Shown here one piece after another: positions 9,690-18,677 of a stretch of 64,000 nt of DNA (position 1 is its first letter; each line of letters opens with the position of its first letter). This DNA comes from Deltaproteobacteria bacterium (GTDB lineage: Bacteria; Myxococcota; Kuafuiibacteriia; Kuafuiibacteriales; Kuafuiibacteriaceae). The DNA is taken from positions 352,001 to 416,000 of the forward strand of contig JAVJQW010000012.1 in NCBI GenBank assembly GCA_040218735.1, given 5' to 3'. Made by a program: the position numbers and the translations under genes. The notes below the pieces were generated by a model. The model saw nothing but the letters and a program-made list of their open reading frames with translations, did no database searches and was not told the DNA's origin.

Positions 9690-10067
9690 ATGATCGACGA
9701 GATTCGCGGGCCCCTGGAGAAGATCCACCAGGGCGTCGATGGCGCCCTGGCGATCACACTCATGGGGATGGACGGCCTCCCGGTCGACACCCTGCATCCG
9801 ACGGCGTCGGACCACGAGGATTTGGACGTCTCCTCGTTGGTGGTCGAGTACTCGACGCTGTTGAATCAGGTGAAGAGCAGCGCGCAGATGTTCGCTGCGG
9901 GGGGCCTCGAGGAGCTCGCGATCTCGTCCGAGCACCTGACGATGATCATTCGTCCGGTGACCGACGAGTACTTCCTCGCGCTGGCGCTCACGCCGGGCGC
10001 GAACTTCGGCAAAGGACGTTACCTCCTCCGCGTCCTCGCGCCGACGCTCGCTGGCGCCCTCTCCTGA
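9690..10067 (+). CDS. mglC: Roadblock/LC7 protein, MglC-like polarity regulator
   Basis: VDGALAITLMGMDGLPVD...VEYSTLLNQV...YFLALAL...NFGKGRYLLRV resembles Myxococcus MglC. The pilQ...efp-accBC synteny also fits. ATG 9690 lies inside track ORF 9381..10067. Confidence 0.82.
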   Translation: MIDEIRGPLEKIHQGVDGALAITLMGMDGLPVDTLHPTASDHEDLDVSSLVVEYSTLLNQVKSSAQMFAAGGLEELAISSEHLTMIIRPVTDEYFLALALTPGANFGKGRYLLRVLAPTLAGALS

Positions 10068-10087
10068 CCCGTACGTGAGGTAGCGTG

Positions 10088-10552
10088 ATGGGTCGCGTCG
10101 CCGTCCTCCACGGACCCAACCTCAACCTCCTCGGAACCCGCGAACCCGACATCTACGGGACGCAGACGCTCGACGACCTCAACGCCCAGATCGCCGCGCT
10201 CGCAGACGAGCTCGGCCTCACGGTGACGTTCGCGCAGAGCAACCACGAGGGTGTGTTGGTGGACCTGATCCAGGCCGCGGCCGACAGCGCAGACGCCGTG
10301 ATCCTCAACGCGGGCGGCTACACCCATACGTCCGTGGCGATCCGCGACGCCATCGCAGCGGTCGCGCATCGAATCCGCGTGATCGAGGTGCACCTGTCGA
10401 ACACCGCCGCGCGCGAGCCTTTCCGGGAGAAAAGCCTGATCGCGGGCGTCGTGACGGGGCGCGTCGAAGGGTTCGGCGCGATGTCATATCTTCTTGCGCT
10501 TCGGGCGGCTTCGACGCTAATCGGCCCTCGTGGCGACGCTCGAGACCAGTGA
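10088..10552 (+). CDS. aroQ: Type II 3-dehydroquinate dehydratase
   Basis: LHGPNLNLLGTREPDIYG, QSNHEG, NAGGYTHTSVAIRDA, IEVHLSN. Confidence 0.97.
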   Translation: MGRVAVLHGPNLNLLGTREPDIYGTQTLDDLNAQIAALADELGLTVTFAQSNHEGVLVDLIQAAADSADAVILNAGGYTHTSVAIRDAIAAVAHRIRVIEVHLSNTAAREPFREKSLIAGVVTGRVEGFGAMSYLLALRAASTLIGPRGDARDQ

Positions 10553-11102
10553 TTTCAAGAAAGGCGTGAAGATCATCCACAACGGCGTGCCGTTCGTGAT
10601 CGTGGATTTTCAGCACGTCAAGCCCGGCAAGGGGAACCAGTTCACCCGCACCAAGATCAAGAACATCCAGACGGGTGCGGTGCTGGACGTGACCTACAAG
10701 TCCGGCGAGCGGGTGGAGGACCCGGAGGTCGAGGATCGCTCGATGTCGTTCCTCTACAACGACGGGGACACCTACCACTTCATGGATCAGAAGACGTACG
10801 ACCAGGTGGAGATCACCGGCGAGTTCCTCGGAGACGCGGTGAACTACCTGCTCCCCGAGATGAGCTGCGACGTCGTGTTCTGGAAGGCGCGCCCGCTGAC
10901 CGTGCAGATCCCCCAGCACGTGGAGCTGAAGGTCGCGCACTGCGAGCCCGGCGTCCGCGGCGACACGGCGACCAACGTGACCAAGCCCGCCACCATGGAG
11001 ACGGGTCTTTCGGTCAACGTCCCCCTCTTCATCAACGTCGGTGACACGCTGAAGATCGACACCTCGAGCGGTTCCTACCTCGAGCGTACCGGTCGCGCGT
11101 AA
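10530..11102 (+). CDS. efp: Translation elongation factor P
   Basis: HVKPGKGNQF loop, PGVRGDTA, KPATMETG, VPLFINVGD. Confidence 0.97.
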   Translation: MATLETSDFKKGVKIIHNGVPFVIVDFQHVKPGKGNQFTRTKIKNIQTGAVLDVTYKSGERVEDPEVEDRSMSFLYNDGDTYHFMDQKTYDQVEITGEFLGDAVNYLLPEMSCDVVFWKARPLTVQIPQHVELKVAHCEPGVRGDTATNVTKPATMETGLSVNVPLFINVGDTLKIDTSSGSYLERTGRA

Positions 11103-11121
11103 ATCGAGAGGCACCCTACTC

Positions 11122-11645
<524 letters not shown>

Positions 11646-11649
<4 letters not shown>

Positions 11650-13013
11650 CGGCTCCAGTCGAACCCAAGCTGTTCGAGAAGATCCTCGTGGCCAACCGCG
11701 GGGAGATCGCTCTGCGTGTCATCCGCGCGGCGCGTGAGCTCGACATTCGTACCGTCGCCGTCCACTCCGAGGCGGACGCCGAATCGCTGCACGTGAAGTT
11801 CGCGGACGAGTCGGTGTGCATCGGCCCGCCGAGCCCGACCGCGAGTTACCTCCACGTCCCCGCGATCATCTCGGCGGCGGAGGTCACCGCGGCCGACGCG
11901 ATCCACCCGGGTTACGGGTTCCTGTCGGAGAACGCCGCGTTCGCCGACACGTGCGACGCGTGCGGGTTCACGTTCATCGGCCCGCCGGCTTCGGCGATCC
12001 GAACCATGGGCGACAAGATCGAGGCGCGCCGCACGATGGCGAGCGTCGGTCTGTACTCCCTTCCGGGTTCGGAGGGGCCGCTCGAGACGGAGGCCGCCGC
12101 GCTCGCGCTCGCGAACGACATCGGCTTCCCGCTGATCATCAAGGCCGCCGCGGGCGGCGGTGGTCGCGGGATGAAGATCGTCCGCAAGAAGCAGGACCTC
12201 GCCAAGCAGCTGTCCATGGCGCGGCGCGAAGCGGAGGCGGCATTCGGCAACGGCGCGGTCTACATCGAGCGTTACATCGAGAAGCCGCGCCACATCGAGT
12301 TCCAGGTCGTCGCCGACCAGCATGGCAACGTCGTGCACCTCGGCGAGCGTGAGTGCTCGGTGCAGCGGCGCTACCAGAAGCTGATCGAGGAGGCGCCCTC
12401 CCCTGCGATGACCGACGAAAAGCGCGCCGAGATCGGCACGAAGATCGTCAAGGCGCTGAAGAAGCTCGGGTACAGCAACGTCGGGACGATCGAGTTCCTC
12501 ATGGACGAGGGCGGCGAGCTCTACTTCATGGAGATGAACACGCGCATCCAGGTCGAGCACCCCGTGACCGAGATGATGGTGCGGATGGACCTGGTGCGGC
12601 TGCAGATCCTCCTGTCGGCCGGCTTCCCGCTGCGCTTCAAGCAGAAGGACATCAAGTTCGCGGGGCACGCGATCGAGTGCCGCATCAACGCGGAGGACTC
12701 GCGGACGTTCGCGCCGTCGCCCGGGACGATCAACACGTACCACGTGCCCGGCGGCGCCGGCGTGCGCGTCGACTCACACATCGCGAGCGGCAGCGTGGTG
12801 ACGCCCTACTACGACTCGCTCCTCGCCAAGCTGATCGTGCACGACTACGACCGGACCCACGCGATCCGGCGAATGAAGACCGCCCTGAAGGAGTTCGTCA
12901 TCGAAGGGATCGAGACGAACGTGGACTTCCACAAGGAGCTCCTCGAGCACGAGGGCTTCAAGAAGGGCGAGTACGACACGACGATCGTGGGCAAGATGCT
13001 CGCGAACCGATGA
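11646..13013 (+). CDS. accC: Acetyl-CoA carboxylase biotin carboxylase
   Basis: KILVANRGEIA, IHPGYGFLSEN, GGGGRGM, EMNTRIQVEHPVTE, ECRINAED. Confidence 0.97.
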
Positions 13014-14170
13014 TCACCGTCGCGCACGTCATCACCCGGCTCGAGCTGGGGGGCGCGCAAGAGAACACCCTCTACACCTGTGAGCACCTCGACCGGCGTC
13101 GCTTCCGGGTGGCGCTCTTGTACGGCCCGGGCGGCATCCTCGACGAGGACGCGCGCTCGATGCCGGACACACGGATCGTCGAGATCGATGGCCTCGAGCG
13201 GGCCGTGAACCCACGCGCCGACGCGGACGCGATGATGGCGTTGTCGGATCACCTGCGGGCGCTGCACCTCGAACACCAGCGGCTCGGTCACCCCGCGCGC
13301 CAGTTCATCGTGCACACGCACAGCTCCAAGGCGGGTGTGCTCGGGCGCATGGCGGCGAAGGCGGCCGGGGCGCCGAAGATCGTGCACTCGATCCACGGGT
13401 TCGGATTCCACGAGGGGCAGTCGCGGCTGAAGTTCAACGTGTTCGTGGGGGCGGAGCGGCTCGCAGCGAAGATCACCGACGCGTTCATCGGCGTGTCGCG
13501 GGCGAACCTCGCGGAGGCGCGCGCGCGCGGGATCATCAAGGACCGGCACGACGTGTCATTGGTGCGCTCCGGGATGAAGCTCGACGCGTTCACGCGGGCG
13601 GAGGCGGAGCGCCGACCGACGCGCGCGGCGCTCGGACTCGAGCCCGAGGACGAAGTGTTGCTGTGCATCGGCAACTTCAAACCGCAGAAGGACCCGCTCA
13701 CGCTGGTCGCGGCGATGGGTGTGCTGAAGGCGAAGCGCCCGCGCGCGGTGCTGCTCTTCGCGGGGGACGGCGGGCTACGGGCGGACGTGGAGCAGGCGAT
13801 CCGTCTGCACGGGGTCGAGGACCGCGTGCGGCTCCTCGGGTGGCGGCGCGACATCCCGCAGCTGCTGGCCGCGAGCGACGTGGTGGTGTTGTCTTCGATC
13901 TTCGAGGGGCTCCCGCGCTCCGCGGTGCAGGCCGTGGCGGCGCGCCGACCGTTCGTCGGGACCCGCGTGGACGGGACGCCGGAGATCATCCGCGACGGCA
14001 AGAACGGCTACCTCGTCGAGCCGCGCGATCCGGACGCGCTCGCGCAGGCGATGGCGAAGGCGCTGATGGTGCGGCCGATCGACCCCGAGGACGTCGAGCG
14101 CCTCCGCGCTTGGGACGCCGACGAGATGGTCCGTCAGCAAGAGGTCATCTACGAGCGCCTCGTGCGCTGA
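13010..14170 (+). CDS. Glycosyltransferase family 4
   Basis: ATG 13010 overlaps the accC stop. HVITRLELGGAQ, VHTHSSKAGVLGR, KPQKDP, SIFEGLP, VDGTPEII. Confidence 0.92.
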   Translation: MITVAHVITRLELGGAQENTLYTCEHLDRRRFRVALLYGPGGILDEDARSMPDTRIVEIDGLERAVNPRADADAMMALSDHLRALHLEHQRLGHPARQFIVHTHSSKAGVLGRMAAKAAGAPKIVHSIHGFGFHEGQSRLKFNVFVGAERLAAKITDAFIGVSRANLAEARARGIIKDRHDVSLVRSGMKLDAFTRAEAERRPTRAALGLEPEDEVLLCIGNFKPQKDPLTLVAAMGVLKAKRPRAVLLFAGDGGLRADVEQAIRLHGVEDRVRLLGWRRDIPQLLAASDVVVLSSIFEGLPRSAVQAVAARRPFVGTRVDGTPEIIRDGKNGYLVEPRDPDALAQAMAKALMVRPIDPEDVERLRAWDADEMVRQQEVIYERLVR

Positions 14171-14224
14171 CGCGCCCCTTCTCTTGCGGGGTACACGCGC
14201 CTCGGGCAGCCTGGCGTGGGGTTC

Positions 14225-15952
14225 ATGCACCGGGTCTACGTCATGGGGTTCGCCGAGGAGGCGCGCTGGTTCGAGGTGGCGGACGAAGCCGTCGTGGGCC
14301 GGTCCGCCGACTGCGACGTCCACCTGAGTGACCAGCGCCTGAGCCGGCGGCACGCCAAGTTGATCGTCGACGGCGAAAGGCTCTGCATCGAAGACCTCGG
14401 CGGCGCGAACGGGACGTTCATCAACGGCCAACGGCTCGTCGAACGGGCCACGCTCCAAGACGGCGACATCGTCGAGCTCGGCAAGAGCAAACTCCGGGTC
14501 GGCGCCGAGGGTCGGTCGGCCGCCGCCGTCGAGGGCCCGGCGCCGGACTTCATCAAACCGGTGATGCACGCCCTGCCCCCCGACCTCGGCGACCCGGTGG
14601 CGCGCGGCTACTTCGAGTCGCTCGGCGTCGGCGACCCGACGATCCTCGAGACGCAAGCCAACTTGCAGGCCACGCTCGCGAAGACGCGCAACTTCGTCAT
14701 CCTCCACGAGGTCAGCAAACGCATCCAGCGCGAGCTCGACGCCCGTCGGATGCTGGAGTCGGTCATGGACGTCATCCTGGAGGTGACGAAGGCCGAGCGC
14801 GGGTTCGTCGTGCTCTTCGACGACGAGGGCGGCGAGCGTGTGGAGGTGGAGCGGCACCGCGTCCAGCGCTCCGGCACCACGCAGCAGGGGCCGCGCCTCA
14901 GCCAAACCGTGCTGCGTCACGTGATCGACGAGCGCTCGGTGGTGATCTGCGGAGACTCCACGGCCGACGAACGCTTCGCGCAGTCGGAGTCCTTGTTCCT
15001 GAGTGACACCCGCTCGTTGATGGCCGCGCCGATCCTCGTCCCGAACCGAGTGCTCGGGCTCATCGAGCTCGAGAGCTCCCACCTCGCGACGCGCTTCACG
15101 GAGAACGACGCGGACCTCCTCTCCGTCACGGCGTCGACGGTCGGTGTCGCGCTCCACAACCTTCGCCTCGCCGACGCGCGCGAGGCCACCATCCGCGCGC
15201 TCGAACGCGCGCAGGAGGAGCTGCTCGCGACGCAGAGCCGCCTCGTTCGCTCCGAGCAGATGGCGGCGATCGGACGGCTCGCGACGGGCATCGCGCACGA
15301 GGTGAAGAACCACCTGAGCCCCTTCATGCTCGCGGAGATGATCGCGAAGAAGTACCCGGAGGACGGTCAGATTCAGATGGCCTCCGAGATGATGCTCGAA
15401 GCGCAGCAGCACATCCTCGACCTCGTGCAGGAGATCCGAACCTTTGTCTCCGGCTCTCCGAAGGAGGTCGTGCGCGAGCCCGCCGATCTCGCGCAGGTCG
15501 TGGAGGGTGTCGTGCGCTTCATGAAGTGCGACGCCGTCGTGAAGCGGACGGAGGTCGTGGTGCAGATCGAGTCGCGCCCGGTGATCATGCTCGACCCCAA
15601 GGGCCTGCGGCAGGTGCTGATCAACCTCATCAAGAACGCCGCCGACGCCCTCGAGGGCTCCGGCGGCAAGATCGAGGTCGGCGTCGCCGAACGCGGCGAC
15701 CGGGCGCTCCTCGTGGTCCGCGACAACGGGCGCGGGATGCCGCCCGACGTCCAGGCGAAGGTGTTCGAGCCATTCTTCACCACCAAGGGCGAGCGTGGGC
15801 TGGGCCTCGGTCTCGACATCTCGAAGAAGATCGTCGAGGCGCACGGAGGCACGATGACGCTCACCTCCGAGGTCGGTGCGGGGACGACGTTCCGCATCGA
15901 GCTGCCGCTCGACGACGAAGAGCACACCGACGCGCCCACGGCTACATCGTAG
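14225..15952 (+). CDS. Cytoplasmic FHA-GAF-histidine kinase
   Basis: FHA (VGRSADCD, SRRHA, ANGTFING), GAF (SLMAAPI, FTENDADLL), H-box IAHEVKNHLS, N-box NLIKNAADA, DNGRGM, FFTTKG, GLGLGL. No TM segments. Confidence 0.92.
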   Translation: MHRVYVMGFAEEARWFEVADEAVVGRSADCDVHLSDQRLSRRHAKLIVDGERLCIEDLGGANGTFINGQRLVERATLQDGDIVELGKSKLRVGAEGRSAAAVEGPAPDFIKPVMHALPPDLGDPVARGYFESLGVGDPTILETQANLQATLAKTRNFVILHEVSKRIQRELDARRMLESVMDVILEVTKAERGFVVLFDDEGGERVEVERHRVQRSGTTQQGPRLSQTVLRHVIDERSVVICGDSTADERFAQSESLFLSDTRSLMAAPILVPNRVLGLIELESSHLATRFTENDADLLSVTASTVGVALHNLRLADAREATIRALERAQEELLATQSRLVRSEQMAAIGRLATGIAHEVKNHLSPFMLAEMIAKKYPEDGQIQMASEMMLEAQQHILDLVQEIRTFVSGSPKEVVREPADLAQVVEGVVRFMKCDAVVKRTEVVVQIESRPVIMLDPKGLRQVLINLIKNAADALEGSGGKIEVGVAERGDRALLVVRDNGRGMPPDVQAKVFEPFFTTKGERGLGLGLDISKKIVEAHGGTMTLTSEVGAGTTFRIELPLDDEEHTDAPTATS

Positions 15953-15981
15953 GAACCCCGAGGGTCTGCGACACTAGGGGC

Positions 15982-17427
15982 ATGAAGGTCGGCCCGCTCG
16001 GAAGTCTCCTCGCCGCAATCACCCTCGCCGCCGGACCGGCTACGGCGCAGGTCTGCGGGGACGGCGCGATCGACCCGAGCGAAGGCTGCGACGACGGGAA
16101 CACGACGCCGCAGGACGGCTGCGACGCGTCGTGTGTCGTCGAGCCCGGCTACACCTGCGTGCCGAGCCTGCACGCGTCCGGTGTGAACCCGGCGGGCGTC
16201 AACCTCCCCTCGGGGAGCACGGACCCGCACTGGGTCTGGTCGCTCTCCGCGAACCGCACCAACCCCACCCCCGGATACGTCGACCGGTATCCGGCGTGGG
16301 GGAGCCTCCCGCCCGGGAACTGGGTCACGAACGACGCGACGTTCGGGCAAAGCATCACCTCGCAGGCGGAGACGTTCTGGTTCCAGGACGTCTACATGCC
16401 GGCGGCCTTCGCGGGAACGCTCACGTTCGACGTGGCGGTCGCGGCCGACAACGCCGCCGAGGTGTTCGTCAACGGAACCAGCTACGGGTCGATGGTCGGC
16501 TTCGGCGCAGCGACCTCGATCCCCGTGCCGAGCAGTGCGTTCGTCGCGGGCGCCAACGTCGTGATGATTCGTTTGGTCGAGTACATCCCCGGGACGCCGC
16601 GCGGGATCCTCATGTACCCGGGCGGCGGCGGCATCTTGAGCCAGTGCGCGCTGGGCTGCGCGACGGCGCCGGACTGCGACGACGGCAACCCGTGCACCGT
16701 AGACAGCTGCCTGGCCGGCGCTTGCCTCACGGAGGTCGAGCCGCTCGGCACGACGTGTACCTCGACCGGCATCTGCAGCCACGCCGACCCGATCCCGTTC
16801 TGTGTGGGGTGCGTCGACCTCTACACGGTGACCTCGACGATCCCCGACCTCGGCTGCGACCTCCCAGCGCCGTTCTGCGACGAGTCGGGCGCGAGCCCGC
16901 TCTGCGTCGCGTGCATCGACACCTCGACGACGGGCACCTCGACGGTCCCGGACGTCGGCTGCGACGGAACGCTGCCGTTCTGCAACGAAGCCTCCGGTTC
17001 GCCGCTGTGTGTGGAGTGTGAAGACGACATGCACTGCCCGGGCGGGGCCGTCTGCCTCGGCGGGACGTGCGGCATGGCCCCCCTCCCCGACGCGGGGGTC
17101 GTCGACGCCGGCTTCGTCGACGCGGGCTCCCGCGACGCCGCCCTCCCCCACGACGGCGGCCCGCCGCGCGACGCGGGACCGCCGCGCGATGCGGGACCGC
17201 CGCGCGACGCAGGCCCGCCGCGCGACGCGGGACCGCCGCGCGACGCAGGCCCACCGCGCGACGCAGGCCCACCGCGCGACGCCGGCGACACGACGGATGA
17301 GATGACCGACGAAGCGGGATGCAGCTGCTCGAGCGCGCGGAGCGACGCGTCGTCACCCGCGTGGTGGCTCATCGCCCTCGGCGCGTTCGTGTCGCGCGCG
17401 CGGCGACGCGGCGCGCGGCGCAGGTAG
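15982..17427 (+). CDS. Secreted Cys-rich surface protein with myxobacterial Cys-rich repeat, beta-sandwich/lectin-like domain and MYXO-CTERM sorting signal
   Basis: Signal peptide ending ATAQ, CGDGAIDPSEGCDDGNTTPQDGCDASC, ADNAAEVFVNG, CDDGNPCTVDSC, PPRDAG repeats, C-terminal GCSCSS...WWLIALGAFV...RRR. Confidence 0.85.
   Translation: MKVGPLGSLLAAITLAAGPATAQVCGDGAIDPSEGCDDGNTTPQDGCDASCVVEPGYTCVPSLHASGVNPAGVNLPSGSTDPHWVWSLSANRTNPTPGYVDRYPAWGSLPPGNWVTNDATFGQSITSQAETFWFQDVYMPAAFAGTLTFDVAVAADNAAEVFVNGTSYGSMVGFGAATSIPVPSSAFVAGANVVMIRLVEYIPGTPRGILMYPGGGGILSQCALGCATAPDCDDGNPCTVDSCLAGACLTEVEPLGTTCTSTGICSHADPIPFCVGCVDLYTVTSTIPDLGCDLPAPFCDESGASPLCVACIDTSTTGTSTVPDVGCDGTLPFCNEASGSPLCVECEDDMHCPGGAVCLGGTCGMAPLPDAGVVDAGFVDAGSRDAALPHDGGPPRDAGPPRDAGPPRDAGPPRDAGPPRDAGPPRDAGPPRDAGDTTDEMTDEAGCSCSSARSDASSPAWWLIALGAFVSRARRRGARRR
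17161..17286 (+). repeat. Coding tandem repeat, 7 x 18 bp, encoding (PPRDAG)7
   Basis: Units such as CCGCCGCGCGACGCGGGA with synonymous third-position variation and no spacers. Confidence 0.93.
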
Positions 17428-17431
17428 GCGA

Positions 17432-18625
17432 TTAGAAGACGCGGATCGGATCGGACTGGAAGTCGTAGATGCCGTTGCCGAACTGCGCGATGTCGGTCAG
17501 GCCCCATCCCCACACGGTCCCGTCCGACTTCAGCGCCAGCGCAAACGCAGTCCCCGCGACGATCCGCGTGACGTCGCTGAGCCCGGGGACCTGCGTCGGC
17601 GACAGCTGATTGGCCCCCGCGCTCGTCCCGAGCCCGAGCTGCCCCTGGGCGTTGTTCCCCCAAGTCCACACCGTTCCGTCGCTCGCGAGCGCGATGCTGA
17701 AGTCACGCCCCGCGTCGATGGCCATGACGTTCGAGAGGCCGGGCACCGCAGCGGGCGTCTCGACCTGCGAGGTCATGCCGCGACCGAGCTGCCCTTGTCC
17801 GTTGGTACCCCAGGCCCACACGGTCCCGTCGTCCTTCAGCACCAACGTGTGTGTGCCGCCGACCGCAACCGCGGTTGCAGCGTCGACGGACGCCAACACA
17901 CTCGGCGTCAGGACGTTCGGCGTCACCATGGCGTCGCCGAGCTGACCTGACTGATTCCCGCCCCAGGTGTAGACGGTGCCGTCGTCGGTCACGGCCGCGC
18001 TGTGTCCGCCGCCGGCGGCCGCGTCGAACGAGGCGACATTGCTCAACACCATCACCGCGGTGGGCACCGCCTGGTCCATCGTCGAGCCGATGCCGAGCTC
18101 CCCGCTCGTGTTGAAGCCCCACCCGAACGCGGCGCCGGACGCATCGATCCCGAGCGAGTGTCCTCCGCCCGACCGAACCACCGAGAGCGCCGGTCCCTGC
18201 ATCGCGGCGGCCCCGTACTGGCGCGGCGTCGCCACGGTCCCGATGCCGAGCCGCCCGTTACCGGCGAAACCAAACGCCTCGAAGCGCCCGTCATCGAACT
18301 TCACGAACGAGGTCGCGGACCCGGCCTCGACGTCCTGCGCACCGACGAGGTCGGGCACCACGGTGTACGCTTCGAGTGCGCCGGTGGTCTCCGGGAACCC
18401 GAGCTGCCCGTCGCTGTTGTTGCCCGCCGCGTAGACTTCACCCGCCGCGGTCACGAGGAGGCTGTGCTGCTCACCGGCGGCGAGCGCCACCACACTTCGG
18501 CTGGGCCCGCCGTCGCGCACCGTGGTGTCATCCCCCTCCGAGCCCGTCCCGGTACACCCCACGGCGAGGGCCAAGCTCACACTGATGACGCTGAGTCGGA
18601 CACATGAGAACACATTGTGTTGCAT
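17432..18625 (-). CDS. RCC1/BLIP-II repeat beta-propeller lipoprotein
   Basis: Lipobox LAVGC; repeated AAGxxHS...DGTVWxWGxNxxGQLG units. Start moved to ATG 18625. Confidence 0.88.
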   Translation of the reverse strand: MQHNVFSCVRLSVISVSLALAVGCTGTGSEGDDTTVRDGGPSRSVVALAAGEQHSLLVTAAGEVYAAGNNSDGQLGFPETTGALEAYTVVPDLVGAQDVEAGSATSFVKFDDGRFEAFGFAGNGRLGIGTVATPRQYGAAAMQGPALSVVRSGGGHSLGIDASGAAFGWGFNTSGELGIGSTMDQAVPTAVMVLSNVASFDAAAGGGHSAAVTDDGTVYTWGGNQSGQLGDAMVTPNVLTPSVLASVDAATAVAVGGTHTLVLKDDGTVWAWGTNGQGQLGRGMTSQVETPAAVPGLSNVMAIDAGRDFSIALASDGTVWTWGNNAQGQLGLGTSAGANQLSPTQVPGLSDVTRIVAGTAFALALKSDGTVWGWGLTDIAQFGNGIYDFQSDPIRVF

Positions 18626-18677
18626 CGAGAGCAACACAGCAGCGTTTCGGCTCAGGCGCAACCCTGTGCGCCCCGTC

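Noticed and set aside
12353-13009. Apparent N-terminal extensions or fusions on the GT4 gene, and similarly on the GST (62232), MglC (9381), MYXO-CTERM (15526) and kinase (55518) ORFs
   Set aside because: These are off-frame runs through neighbouring genes in GC-rich DNA. Plausible starts lie at the gene junctions.
17161-17286. Tandem repeats as a possible CRISPR array (also 30880-31110)
   Set aside because: The units are contiguous, in frame and vary synonymously. There are no unique spacers and no cas genes.
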